Assembly (NCBI GenBank): GCA_016794005.1
Contig: JAEUKY010000383.1
Location: 370 to 64,369, forward strand
Reading direction: 5' to 3'
DNA: 64,000 nt
Source: Rhodospirillales bacterium
Lineage (GTDB): Bacteria; Pseudomonadota; Alphaproteobacteria; CACIAM-22H2
This document shows positions 11,310 through 21,695 of this stretch, piece after piece (within the stretch, counting starts at the first letter, position 1; every line of letters starts with the position of its first letter). Both the position numbers and the translations under genes were made by a program. The notes beneath the pieces were generated by a model. That model was not told the origin of the DNA. It searched no databases and worked only from the letters and a program-made list of their open reading frames with translations.

Positions 11310-12323
11310 TTACGGCGCGACGATCACCTTGCCGAAAACACCCCGTTCGTCGAGGAGCCGCATTGCGTCGCCGGTGCGCTCCAGGGGGAAGCGTTCGGGG
11401 TGGAGGACAGGCGTCAGGCTCCCGTCCTTGACCATCGCCAGGAGGGCGAGCACGTCGGTGCGGGCCCAGCCGTTCGAGCCCACGATATTGAGCTCGAACG
11501 TCCAGATGAAGCGGATATCTTCGGGCGGGTCGTAGCCGGCCGTGGCACCGCACGTCAGCATGCGGCCGTCGCGGCGCAGCACGCGCAGCGCCTTGGTCCA
11601 TGTCTCGCCGCCGGTGAAATTGACGACCACGTCGATGCCGCCTTCGTCGCGCCGGGACGTCCGCGCGCGGCCGAAAAGCCGGTGGCACTCCGCTACCCAA
11701 TCCACCGTCGCATAGTTGATCGCGACATCGGCGCCCAGGGCGCGCAGGCGGTCGAGCTTCTCCTTGCTGGACGCGCACGCGACCACGCGTGCACCGGCGC
11801 GGCGGGCCAGCTGCACGCAGCAGGTTCCCACACCGCCCGAAGCGCCCAGGATCAGGATGGTCTCGCCGGCGCGCAGTTTTCCGCGCTCCAGCACCATGCG
11901 ATGCGCGGTGCCGTAGGCGGTAGGCAGCGCTGCTGCCTCGGCATAGCCGATTGCCGGATCGAGCGGGATGCACATGTGCGCCGGAACGCGGACCAGTTCC
12001 GCAAGGCCGCCATCGAAGGTCTCGCCCATGAATCCGCGCCCGACACGGTCAATCGGATCCACCAGAACCCGGTCGCCCGGATGCAGGCCGGTAACCGCAC
12101 TTCCGACCGCTTCGATGTCGCCGGACGCGTCGATCCCCATGATGAGCGGGAAGGGGATCTTGATTCCGGGCATGCCCTTGCGCGTGAAGACGTCGTGGTA
12201 GTTGAGCGCGCAGGCGCGTACGCGCACGATCACGTCGCTGGGACCGGGCTGCGGATTGCGGTAGTTGGCCTCGAGTGTAAGTTTCTCGAGGCCGCCATGT
12301 TCGCGGATGACGACGGCGCGCAT
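11310..12323 (-). CDS. zinc-type alcohol dehydrogenase / quinone oxidoreductase (MDR superfamily)
   Basis: ORF as given. MDR N-terminus and GASGGVG nucleotide-binding motif. AAGGAGAG SD upstream. Confidence 0.85.
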   Translation of the reverse strand: MRAVVIREHGGLEKLTLEANYRNPQPGPSDVIVRVRACALNYHDVFTRKGMPGIKIPFPLIMGIDASGDIEAVGSAVTGLHPGDRVLVDPIDRVGRGFMGETFDGGLAELVRVPAHMCIPLDPAIGYAEAAALPTAYGTAHRMVLERGKLRAGETILILGASGGVGTCCVQLARRAGARVVACASSKEKLDRLRALGADVAINYATVDWVAECHRLFGRARTSRRDEGGIDVVVNFTGGETWTKALRVLRRDGRMLTCGATAGYDPPEDIRFIWTFELNIVGSNGWARTDVLALLAMVKDGSLTPVLHPERFPLERTGDAMRLLDERGVFGKVIVAP

Positions 12324-12336
12324 CGACTCTCCTTAT

Positions 12337-12972
12337 CTATGGACCGGTCAGAACCAGCTTGCCACGCGGTGTCTCCAGTTCGACAAGGAAACCGGCCGTG
12401 AGCGCGCGCTCGACGCGGACCGGAATGCCCAGCGCGCCGTAGATCGCCTCCAGCCGTTCGAGGTCCGGATGGAGGGCGACGAAGTCCAGCAGCCGCAGGC
12501 CGCGCGGCGTCGAGCTGGACGGGTGGGGCGACTTGCCCCAGTCGATCGCGAACGGGACAGAGTCGCCAAAAGCCTCGTCGCCGAAATAGAGGATCGACCA
12601 GTCGAGCCGCACACCGTCGGCCCGCGTGCGTCCCATCGAGACCGGTCCGCGGATCGGAATGCCGGCCGATTCGGCCGCAAGGCGCATCGCCGCGAGATCG
12701 TCGCTGCGCACCGAGAAAGCGGTCAGTCCCGGTCGTGGCTGGGCCGCGATGCGGGCACCGCGCGTTCCGGCAAGATCCTGGGCGGGATCGGGCGCGATGA
12801 TCTCGAAATAGAGGCCGTCGCCGAGCGACAGCAGGCTGTTGCGCGTGCCGAAACCCGCATGCACGCCGCCGCGCGCCGGCTTCACGCCGGAAAGAACCGT
12901 GAAGAGCCGCTCCCCGGCTTCGAGATCGGGCGCGCCCCAGAGAATGTGATCGAGTTCCACTTTCATCGGCAT
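12337..12972 (-). CDS. VOC/glyoxalase-like domain protein
   Basis: ORF as given. LDHILWGAPDLEAG...GTRNSLLSLGDGLYFEII resembles the Glyoxalase-like (VOC) family. The start could be the third codon (ATG at 12966). Confidence 0.6.
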   Translation of the reverse strand: MPMKVELDHILWGAPDLEAGERLFTVLSGVKPARGGVHAGFGTRNSLLSLGDGLYFEIIAPDPAQDLAGTRGARIAAQPRPGLTAFSVRSDDLAAMRLAAESAGIPIRGPVSMGRTRADGVRLDWSILYFGDEAFGDSVPFAIDWGKSPHPSSSTPRGLRLLDFVALHPDLERLEAIYGALGIPVRVERALTAGFLVELETPRGKLVLTGP

Positions 12973-12978
12973 TCTCCT

Positions 12979-13404
12979 TCACCTCCTGTTGAGGTAGACG
13001 CCGCGCCCGCTTGCGACGAGCAAGCCGGCTTCGTCATGGATGCGTGCCTCGGCTGTGCACAGCGTACGACCAAGTTTGATTGCCGCAGCCTTGGCCAGTA
13101 GAGGGCCAGGCATGGCCGGGCGATGATAGTCGACACGCATGTCGACAGTCGGCACGCCATGGCCAAGGTGTGCCGCGATCGCATAGTCGCCGGCAATATC
13201 GATGAGAGCGGCGAGTATTCCTCCGTGTGTATATCCGATCCCGGCGACAGAAACGAACTCGGATCGCCACGGCATCAGTAGCTCGACGCCATCTTTCGAC
13301 AGGGCTTGGAGGCGCACGCCAAGCCACTGGTGGAACGGAGAGAGCTGCACCAGCTCGTCGAGCTTCTCAAATTCCATCGAAGGATTGTTGGTCGGGACGC
13401 TCAT
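12979..13404 (-). CDS. PaaI-family hotdog-fold thioesterase
   Basis: ORF 12979..13530 trimmed to MSVPTNNPSMEFEKL. HGGILAALIDIAG motif and a typical ~140-aa length. Start codon uncertain. Confidence 0.7.
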   Translation of the reverse strand: MSVPTNNPSMEFEKLDELVQLSPFHQWLGVRLQALSKDGVELLMPWRSEFVSVAGIGYTHGGILAALIDIAGDYAIAAHLGHGVPTVDMRVDYHRPAMPGPLLAKAAAIKLGRTLCTAEARIHDEAGLLVASGRGVYLNRR

Positions 13405-13880
13405 CCGTGATGCCTGACGATCTGGCACTATTCGTGACGTCATATCATGATTGCGCCAAGGATGTTTTGTTCGATCACTTGCTGTGGAGCATCGGTGCTT
13501 TCTTGATTGGCGGACGTTTGTGCAGAACATTCCGAACGGCCTTGAATCTTTTTCAAACGATCTGCGGACTCACTTCGCACCGAGCTCGTACCGACCCTCC
13601 ATGAATGCTTCGACGGCCTCTACCTAGTTTCGAAAGCACCAAGTCGCAAAGTGCCAACGATCAAGACAGACAACGGAATCATTCGAAAGTCGCACCAATT
13701 CCGTCGCAGGTACAAGTTCGAGAAGCCGAACCTTAGGCTAAGGGGTATAGTTCCCTTGGCTCAACGACTTCTTGAGTTTGGGACGAAGGGAATGTTGATC
13801 CGATAGTCAGCTTTGCCCAACTATCGCATGGCCGGTAAGCCTCTATGTCCGACAGGGTAAAGGCGAGCTATGCATTCAGC

Positions 13881-14054
13881 GTGCCCTAATTGCCGTTGGG
13901 CTCCGCTCCTCTCCTGTCGTTGCCGAAAATTATGGGAGCCGATATTGAATTCATTGAACAATTGGAAATCTGGGACACTAGGGGTTGCAGGTACGAATCC
14001 TCTCGCTCCGACCATCAATGAAGCCCGCCGCCGGGAAACCGGTCGGCGGGCTTC
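13881..14054 (+). repeat. copy A of the tRNA-Pro 3'-half-containing repeat element (most diverged)
   Basis: Leader homologous to copies B and C. tRNA-like part 13970-14014: cugggac..gcagg uacgaau ccucu cgcuccg a cca. GC-rich hairpin at 14020-14054. Confidence 0.75.
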
Positions 14055-14180
14055 CGCATCTCCTGTCGTCGATACGCGCCGCCTATCGAAACAATAGGCA
14101 GGCGATATTTCCGCCAACCGACGTCCCGTCGCATCGTGCGCTGTCTTCGGATTCACCCCCGGACAGGACGAGCGCCAAAA

Positions 14181-14759
14181 ATGGTCGATGAACGATCGGA
14201 CATTCGCAACCGCAACAGCGATCGCTGGCCGGCACTGCTGGCTGCCGGGCAGGCCGGCGATGCGCGCGCGTATAGGCTCTTTCTCGCCGAAGCCAGCGGC
14301 TTCCTGCGCAGCATCATTTTGCGGACCGGAATCCTGCCGCATTCGGCGGACGATGTCGTCCAGGAAGCCCTGATCACGATTCACGCGATCCGCCATACTT
14401 ACGATCCGCGGCGGCCGATCAAGCCTTGGTTGACCGCGATCGCACGCCGCCGGGCGGTCGACTGGCGCCGCAAGTCCAGTTCGACTGTGGCGCGCGAGAT
14501 CGCGTTCGATCCGGAAATCGTCGCCGCCGCACCCGACCCGCAATCCGGCACGGCAATTGCCCGAATCGACGCGCGCGCGATCGTCAACCGGGCGCTGCAA
14601 TCGCTTTCGCCCGGACAGCGGCGTGCGATCGAACTTCTGAAGCTCAAGGAAATGGAGCTGAAGGAAGCATCCCGGACGACCGGACAATCGACCGGCGCCC
14701 TCAAGATCGCCGTCCATCGGGCAATCCAAAGCATGCGCGCCCGGTTCGCAGCCGCGTAG
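14181..14759 (+). CDS. ECF-type RNA polymerase sigma-70 family factor
   Basis: ORF 14136..14759 trimmed to MVDERSD. Region 2 (DDVVQEALITIH...PWLTAIARRRAVDWRR) and region 4 (LSPGQRRAIELLKLKEMELKEASRTTG). Confidence 0.85.
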   Translation: MVDERSDIRNRNSDRWPALLAAGQAGDARAYRLFLAEASGFLRSIILRTGILPHSADDVVQEALITIHAIRHTYDPRRPIKPWLTAIARRRAVDWRRKSSSTVAREIAFDPEIVAAAPDPQSGTAIARIDARAIVNRALQSLSPGQRRAIELLKLKEMELKEASRTTGQSTGALKIAVHRAIQSMRARFAAA

Positions 14760-14789
14760 TTAGGCCGCCTCGGCAAAAGGATATCTGAG

Positions 14790-16061
14790 ATGACTGTCAA
14801 GAAATCAGCCCAACATCGTCCGCGCGTGGTGATCGTCGGTGGTGGTTTCGCCGGCCTTTCGGCCGCGCGTGAACTCTCTGCCAGCCCAGTCGACATCGTG
14901 CTGATCGACAAGCGCAATTATCACCTGTTCCAGCCGCTGCTCTATCAGGTCGCAACCGCTGGGTTGTCGCCGGCTGAGATCGCGGCACCAATCCGCGCGA
15001 TCCTGTCACACCAGCCGAACGTGACGGTGCTGATGTCCAAAGTTGCCGGGGTGAACACCGTCGCACGTGAGGTCCTTACCGACACCGGCCGCGTCGGCTA
15101 CGACCATCTCGTGTTGGCGACGGGCGCCCGCCACGCCTATTTCGGGCGCGACGACTGGGCGCCGTATGCGCCGGGCCTCAAGAAGATCGAGGATGCGACC
15201 GCGATCCGCCGACGCGTGCTGGTCGCGTTCGAGCGGGCGGAGGCAAGTGACGATCCGATCGAGCGTCAGGCCCTGCTGACCTTCGTCGTCATCGGTGGCG
15301 GACCGACCGGCGTCGAAATGGCCGGTGCCATCGCCGAACTGGCGCGCACGGCGCTCGCCGCCGATTTCAGACGGATCGAGCCCGGTACGGCGCGCGTGAT
15401 GCTTGTCGAAGCCGGCACTCGCGTACTGGCGACCTTTCCCGAGCAACTGTCGCAAAAGGCGAAACAGTCGCTCGAGCAGCTCGGCGTCACCGTCCTGACG
15501 GGAAAGCCGGTCGAGGTTTGCGATTCCGAAGGCGTCGTGATCGCCGGGACGCGAATCCGTGCTTCGACGCTGATCTGGGCGGCCGGCGTGGCCGCCTCGC
15601 CGGCCGCCAAGTGGATCAACGCCGAGAAAGACCGGGCCGGGCGCGCAATCGTCGGCCCCGACCTTACGGTTCCGGGACATCCCGAGATCTTCGCCATCGG
15701 CGATACGGCCATGGTGCGCGACGCCGACGGCAAGATCGTGCCGGGGATCGCCCCGGCTGCAAAGCAGCAGGGTGTCTATGCCGCGCGCGTGATCGCGGCG
15801 AAGGTCGCCGGCCGACCGATGCCGCCTGCGTTCCGCTACCGCCATCTCGGCAGCATGGCGACAATCGGCCGCAAGTCGGCGGTCGTCGATTTTGGCTGGA
15901 TGCGGCTGTCGGGCTTTCTTGCCTGGCTGCTCTGGGGGCTCGCCCACGTCTATTTCCTGATCGGCTTTCGTAGCCGCGTCGTCGTGGCGCTAAACTGGAT
16001 ATGGGCCTACGTGACGTTCCAGCGAGGGGCCCGCCTGATCACCGGCGGCGAGGGCAGCTAG
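14790..16061 (+). CDS. ndh: type II NADH:quinone oxidoreductase (NDH-2)
   Basis: ORF as given. Two Rossmann motifs (VVIVGGGFAGL, VVIGGGPTGVE) and IFAIGD. Confidence 0.85.
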   Translation: MTVKKSAQHRPRVVIVGGGFAGLSAARELSASPVDIVLIDKRNYHLFQPLLYQVATAGLSPAEIAAPIRAILSHQPNVTVLMSKVAGVNTVAREVLTDTGRVGYDHLVLATGARHAYFGRDDWAPYAPGLKKIEDATAIRRRVLVAFERAEASDDPIERQALLTFVVIGGGPTGVEMAGAIAELARTALAADFRRIEPGTARVMLVEAGTRVLATFPEQLSQKAKQSLEQLGVTVLTGKPVEVCDSEGVVIAGTRIRASTLIWAAGVAASPAAKWINAEKDRAGRAIVGPDLTVPGHPEIFAIGDTAMVRDADGKIVPGIAPAAKQQGVYAARVIAAKVAGRPMPPAFRYRHLGSMATIGRKSAVVDFGWMRLSGFLAWLLWGLAHVYFLIGFRSRVVVALNWIWAYVTFQRGARLITGGEGS

Positions 16062-16939
16062 GCCATCCAGTCGAAGCCGACCGCTTCCCGCACGAAGGCG
16101 CCGACCGCCGGCGAATGCGGACGGCCGCGAACTGTTACCAGATTGATCGTCCGGGAGATCTGCGGCTCGATCAGTTCGCGCGTCACTAGGCCGTCGATAC
16201 TGACGGCGAATTCCGGAATCGACGTCACGCCCAGGCCGGCCTTGACCATCGACTGGATCCAGTCGTCGCGCTCGCTTCGATAGGGCCGTTCGATCTTGAC
16301 GTCGTTTGACCGGTAAAGCTCGCGGATATGGTCGCCATACTCGCAGTTGGCGCGGAAGAGATAGCGCTCCCCGTCCATGTCGCTGAGGCGGATCTTGCGT
16401 TTCCCTTCGAACCGGTGGCCCGGCGCGCAGGCGATCAGGAACCGCTCGTCGAACAGGCGCATGACGTGGAAGCGCACGTCGGTGATGCCGCCGGGCAGGC
16501 CGTAGATCGCCACGTCGAGTTCCCCGGCAGCTAGCATCTCCTCGAGAAACTGGCCTTTGGCATCGCGGAGATTGATCTCGATGCCCGGGTACCGCTCGCG
16601 GAACCCCTTCATCAGGCCCAGCAGCCTTGCCGGGCCGAGCGTGCACATTATCCCGACGCTTAGCTGCCCGCCGCCGAGCTTGCCGAATTCCCGGGCGCGG
16701 ACCTTGGCGGCTTCGGACTGGGCGAGTACTTCGATGAGGTGCGGCTGCATCATCCGCCCGAGCTCTGTGAGGTGCGTATTCGTCCGTTCGCGATGGAACA
16801 GCGGCCCGCCGAGCTCATCCTCGAGGTTCTTGATGGCGCGCGTCAAGGCCGGCTGCGACACGTTGCAGCGCTCGGCCGCGCGCGTGAAGTTCAGCAACTC
16901 GCTGACGGCGAGAAAATAGCGGACCTGATGCATTTCCAT
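16058..16939 (-). CDS. LysR-family transcriptional regulator
   Basis: Trimmed from ORF 16058..17578 to MEMHQVRYFLAVSELLNFTRAAERCNVSQPALTRAIKNLE (wHTH). Divergent from the DoxX/bdhA genes. Confidence 0.9.
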   Translation of the reverse strand: MEMHQVRYFLAVSELLNFTRAAERCNVSQPALTRAIKNLEDELGGPLFHRERTNTHLTELGRMMQPHLIEVLAQSEAAKVRAREFGKLGGGQLSVGIMCTLGPARLLGLMKGFRERYPGIEINLRDAKGQFLEEMLAAGELDVAIYGLPGGITDVRFHVMRLFDERFLIACAPGHRFEGKRKIRLSDMDGERYLFRANCEYGDHIRELYRSNDVKIERPYRSERDDWIQSMVKAGLGVTSIPEFAVSIDGLVTRELIEPQISRTINLVTVRGRPHSPAVGAFVREAVGFDWMA

Positions 16940-17059
16940 GGCCGACCCAAATACACCCGAACGCCATAGTCGTGGCGCATCGTTTCGATAGGCAGTCGGC
17001 ATTTCCGCGAAGAGACCGGCGCTGCCACATTCCCGCCATCCCAACCGAAGGAGGGAACG

Positions 17060-17545
17060 GTGAATCAGATGGCATCCAAAAGCACGGGGCGCAAGTCCAT
17101 TTCCAAGCTCGTCTCGTTCGGCCTGGCCGGCTGGATCGCGTACGTGTTTGTCTGGTACCTGCAGTACAAGTTCGGCGGTGCGGAAGGCAGCGTCTGGCTG
17201 TTCACGATCCTGACCGACTGGTTGGGCCTTTCCGGCCACGAGATGGCGATGCGCATCGGCACGGGGATCGCCGAGCTTGTTACCGCCCTGCTGGTGCTTG
17301 CCGGTGCGACCCGCGTTGTCGGGGCAGCGATGTCTCTCGGAATCATGTCGGGCGCCATCTTCTTCCACCTCGCCACGCCACTCGGCATCGACCCCTATCA
17401 CGATGGCGGCGTGCTCTTCGCCGAGGCCTGCCTGACCTGGCTTGCCGCTGCGGCAATCCTGTGGATCGAGCGCGAGGCCGCCTTGAGCCTGGCTTCGCGC
17501 CTGCCTGTCGTCGGCCATATCGCGCAGCAGCTGCAGCGCGCCTGA
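17060..17545 (+). CDS. DoxX-family membrane protein
   Basis: ORF as given, GTG start with GAAGGAGGG upstream. Four hydrophobic segments. Confidence 0.65.
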   Translation: MNQMASKSTGRKSISKLVSFGLAGWIAYVFVWYLQYKFGGAEGSVWLFTILTDWLGLSGHEMAMRIGTGIAELVTALLVLAGATRVVGAAMSLGIMSGAIFFHLATPLGIDPYHDGGVLFAEACLTWLAAAAILWIEREAALSLASRLPVVGHIAQQLQRA

Positions 17546-17580
17546 ACCCCATTTCGCAAACCAACGGACGGAGAACACGA

Positions 17581-18411
<831 letters not shown>

Positions 18412-18435
18412 ACGCGGGCGAGGGGGAGAGCGACG

Positions 18436-19497
18436 ATGGACGACGGAATCGCAGCGCGTGGCCGCCCTATGGCAGCCTCGATGCAGGAAACCAAGACGAT
18501 CAATCTCGCCCTTCAGGGCGGCGGCGCGCACGGCGCCTTTGCCTGGGGTGTGCTCGACCGCCTGCTCGAGGACGAGCGGATCGCCTTCGAGGGGATCAGC
18601 GCAACCAGTGCTGGCGCCATGAACGCCACGGTGCTGGCTTCGGGCCTCGCGTCCGGTGGCCGCGACAGTGCACGGGCGGCCCTTGCGACGTTCTGGCGTA
18701 AGATCAGCGAAGCGGCGGCACTGGGCCCACTGCAACCGACCTGGTACGACCGGATGACGGGTAACCGGTCGATGGATTCGAATCCGGCCTTCGTCCTGTT
18801 CGACATGATGAGCCGACTGCTGTCGCCCTACCAGTTCAACCCGCTCAACAACAATCCGCTGCGCGACGTGCTGGAAACGGTGGTCGATTTCGATCTCGTG
18901 CGCCAGCAGACCGCCATCAAGCTTTTCCTGTGCGCCACGAACGTGCGCACCGGCAAGGTGAAGATCTTCGAGAACCGCGAGATCACGTCTTCCGCCGTGC
19001 TCGCCTCGGGCTGCCTGCCGTTCATGTTCCAGGCCGTCGAGGTCGACGGCGAGGCCTATTGGGACGGCGGTTATATGGGCAATCCGGCGATCTTCCCGCT
19101 GATCTACGGATGCAAGTCGACCGACGTCGCGATCGTCCATCTTAATCCGATCGAGCGCAGCGAAGTGCCGAAGACGGCGGGTGATATCCTCAACCGCCTC
19201 AACGAGATCAGTTTCAACTCCTCGTTGATGCGCGAGATGCGCGCGATCGCATTCGTCACGAAGTTGATCGAGACCGATCAGCTCAAAAGCGGCAATCTAC
19301 GCAAGGTCCTGATCCACGGCATCGAGGCCGAGGAGCGCATGAAAGGATTCGGCGTCGCAAGCAAGCTCAACGCCGACTGGGAGTTCCTGCGGGAACTCCA
19401 CGTGCTTGGTCGACGGGTTGCCCAGACCTGGATCGAGGACAAGTTCGACACGCTTGGCCGCCGCTCGACGATCGACATCCACCAAAAATATCTCTGA
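18436..19497 (+). CDS. patatin-like phospholipase family protein (PatD-like)
   Basis: ORF as given. GGGAHG oxyanion motif and GxSxG-type ATSAG serine. The DGG aspartate motif is present (YWDGGY). Confidence 0.85.
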   Translation: MDDGIAARGRPMAASMQETKTINLALQGGGAHGAFAWGVLDRLLEDERIAFEGISATSAGAMNATVLASGLASGGRDSARAALATFWRKISEAAALGPLQPTWYDRMTGNRSMDSNPAFVLFDMMSRLLSPYQFNPLNNNPLRDVLETVVDFDLVRQQTAIKLFLCATNVRTGKVKIFENREITSSAVLASGCLPFMFQAVEVDGEAYWDGGYMGNPAIFPLIYGCKSTDVAIVHLNPIERSEVPKTAGDILNRLNEISFNSSLMREMRAIAFVTKLIETDQLKSGNLRKVLIHGIEAEERMKGFGVASKLNADWEFLRELHVLGRRVAQTWIEDKFDTLGRRSTIDIHQKYL

Positions 19498-19511
19498 ATC
19501 CGGAGCCCGAC

Positions 19512-20282
19512 ATGAACCGCATGCAGATCCTTCGCCTTCCGTCGATGCCGGCTGCTTCGCCGAGCTATCCGCACGGTCCCTATCGCTTCACGAACCGGGA
19601 ATATTTCATCGTCGCCTACAAAAGCGATCCTGCAGCCGTGCGCGCGGCCGTGCCCGAGCCGCTGGTGCCGGACGCAGAAGCGATCGTCTACTACGAGTGG
19701 ATCCGCATGCCGGACAGTTCGGGCTTCGGCGACTATACCGAGAGCGGCGTGGTGATTCCGTGCACCTGGCAGGGAACGCCGTGCAATTTCGTGTCGCAGA
19801 TGTATCTCGACGACGACCCGCCGATCGCGGCAGGGCGCGAGATCTGGGGATTCCCGAAGAAATACGCGCACCCCAAGCTCGAGGTCGCGACCGATACGCT
19901 GACCGGCACGCTCGACTATGCCGGACAGCGCGTCGCGATAGGCACGATGGCATACAAGCACGACGGCTTCGCACGCGACCACGAGCGGACGTCGGCTGCA
20001 CTGGCCAAGATGCAGGTCAATCTCAAGATCATCCCGCATGTCGACGGCACGCCGGCAATCGCCCAGCTTGTCGCGTACAAACTGACCGACGTGACGGTGA
20101 AGGGGTCGTGGACGGGACCGGCCCGACTCCATCTGGTGCCGCATGTGAACGCGCCGGTCGCCGACCTTCCGGTGCGCGAGATCGTCGGCGGCCGGCATTT
20201 CGTGGCGGATCTCACGTTGCCGTACGGCAATGTAATCCACGACTATCTTGCCGAGAACGCCATGGCCGTCGCCGCCCAATGA
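19512..20282 (+). CDS. adc: acetoacetate decarboxylase
   Basis: ORF as given. ADC-family N-terminus (PSYPHGPYRFTNREYFIVAY) and the REIWGFPKK lysine region. Confidence 0.85.
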   Translation: MNRMQILRLPSMPAASPSYPHGPYRFTNREYFIVAYKSDPAAVRAAVPEPLVPDAEAIVYYEWIRMPDSSGFGDYTESGVVIPCTWQGTPCNFVSQMYLDDDPPIAAGREIWGFPKKYAHPKLEVATDTLTGTLDYAGQRVAIGTMAYKHDGFARDHERTSAALAKMQVNLKIIPHVDGTPAIAQLVAYKLTDVTVKGSWTGPARLHLVPHVNAPVADLPVREIVGGRHFVADLTLPYGNVIHDYLAENAMAVAAQ

Positions 20283-21640
20283 GCATTTCGTCCGCCGTTT
20301 CGCTGCTGACACATCTCCTTCCGGCCCGGATCGAGGATCGGGCCCTGCCCGAACGCGTCCGGAAGGAGATTGTCGCCGAGCAGCATCGCGGCGACATCCT
20401 CGTCAGCATCGTCCAGCTCGGGCTCTGCGCGGTCTTCCTGACGCTCTATGCGGTTTCCCGCAAGACGCATCCGGCAGACGCACCGTTTGTGCCCGTGCCG
20501 TGGGCGCTTGGTTTCTATACGACATTCGCGCTCGCCAAATTCGCGCTCGCCTGGCGCGCGCGGCTTTCCGATGCGGTGCAGGTCGCATCGATCGTCATCG
20601 ATATGGCGCTCCTGCTCGGGCTCATCTGGAGCTTCCATATCCAGTACGCACAGGTTGCGGCCTTCTACCTGAAGGCGCCGACCCTGCTGTACGTCTTCAT
20701 CTTCATCGCCTTGCGGGCGTTGCGCTTCGACGCCCGCTTCGTCCTGTTAGCGGGCGGCGTGGCCGCACTCGGATGGCTGGGACTCGTCGTCTATGCCGTC
20801 GCGAGCAATCCCGACGGCATGCCGGTCACGCACGATTTCGTCGTCTACATGACGTCCGCGACAATTCTGTGGGGAGCCGAGATCGACAAGATGGTTTCCA
20901 TCCTGCTGGTCACCGGACTCATCGCCGTCGCCATCACGCGTGCCCGTCGGATGCTGATGCGCGCGGTGGCCGAGGACGTCGCCGCACGCGACCTCAAGCG
21001 CTTCTTCGCGCCGGAAATCGCCAGCCGCATCACGATGGCGGAGCATGGGCTGCGCCCGGGAGAAGGAGAGATCCGCATGGCGGCGACCCTATTCGTCGAT
21101 CTGCGCGGTTTCACCGATCTGTCGCGCAAACTCGACGCCAGCGCGCTGATTCGGCTTTTGGCGGACTATCAGGGCCTGCTCGTCCCGATCATCCAGGCTC
21201 ACGGTGGCAGCATCGACAAGTTCATGGGGGACGGAATCATGGCGAGCTTCGGCGCCGTGCGGCCGTCGTCAACCTTCGCCGCCGATGCAGTCCGCGCGGT
21301 CGACGATTTGATGACAACTGCCGCGGTGTGGATCGCCGACCTGCGCGCACGGGGGCTTCCGGCAACCGGTGTAGGCGCCGCGCTTGCAAGCGGCGATGTC
21401 CTTTTCGGCTGCGTGGGGGACGAGTCGCGCCTCGAGTATACGGTCATCGGCGAGGCAGTGAATCTTGCAGCGAAACTCGAGAAGCATACGAAGGCCGAGC
21501 GGGTCCAGGCACTTGCAACGGGCGAGTTGATGGATCTAGCGCTTGCGCAGGGCTATGTGCGCGCCGGTCCGCCTGCCGAACGGCGGAATTCGAGTGTGGC
21601 CGGCGTCGAGGGCAAGCTGGAGATCGTTGTCCTCGCGTAA
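20279..21640 (+). CDS. membrane-anchored class III adenylate/guanylate cyclase
   Basis: Trimmed from ORF 19406..21640. ATG overlaps the adc stop (ATGA). About 6 TM segments, then a cyclase domain ([11 protein letters not shown]...[12 protein letters not shown]...[15 protein letters not shown]). Confidence 0.85.
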   Translation: MSISSAVSLLTHLLPARIEDRALPERVRKEIVAEQHRGDILVSIVQLGLCAVFLTLYAVSRKTHPADAPFVPVPWALGFYTTFALAKFALAWRARLSDAVQVASIVIDMALLLGLIWSFHIQYAQVAAFYLKAPTLLYVFIFIALRALRFDARFVLLAGGVAALGWLGLVVYAVASNPDGMPVTHDFVVYMTSATILWGAEIDKMVSILLVTGLIAVAITRARRMLMRAVAEDVAARDLKRFFAPEIASRITMAEHGLRPGEGEIRMAATLFVDLRGFTDLSRKLDASALIRLLADYQGLLVPIIQAHGGSIDKFMGDGIMASFGAVRPSSTFAADAVRAVDDLMTTAAVWIADLRARGLPATGVGAALASGDVLFGCVGDESRLEYTVIGEAVNLAAKLEKHTKAERVQALATGELMDLALAQGYVRAGPPAERRNSSVAGVEGKLEIVVLA

Positions 21641-21695
21641 CTTCAGGCGGCTTGCGGACGAATTTGACAGAGGGTTCTTCCCACGGAGATGTACG

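Noticed and set aside
13881-14054. Intact tRNA-Pro genes at copies A, B or C, or a tRNA interrupted by a group I intron.
   Set aside because: No CGGAGCG acceptor 5' strand or D arm (..agcgcag..ggtagcgc..) lies within several hundred nt upstream. tRNA similarity starts only at about position 29. The anticodon loop is contiguous with the 3' part, so an anticodon-loop intron does not fit.
14116-14137. AAC-N16-CGT string upstream of the ECF sigma gene as an autoregulated ECF promoter.
   Set aside because: Only six defining bases match, and such strings occur by chance in GC-rich DNA. It is mentioned in a finding but not annotated as a feature.
13821-14729. 302-aa minus-strand ORF spanning repeat copy A and the antisense strand of the ECF sigma gene. 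Similar ORFs cross copies B and C (26990..27826 - and 57355..58056 -).
   Set aside because: The translation includes the revcomp-tRNA signature (GFEPA/TP-type string) and Arg-rich filler. It overlaps well-supported genes.
18436-21640. Patatin-like lipase plus nucleotide cyclase as a CBASS- or Pycsar-like anti-phage module.
   Set aside because: The cyclase is a membrane-anchored class III enzyme, not a CD-NTase or a short soluble PycC. The patatin protein has no cyclic-nucleotide-sensing domain. It is embedded between bdhA and adc, matching the metabolic bdhA-patD context.
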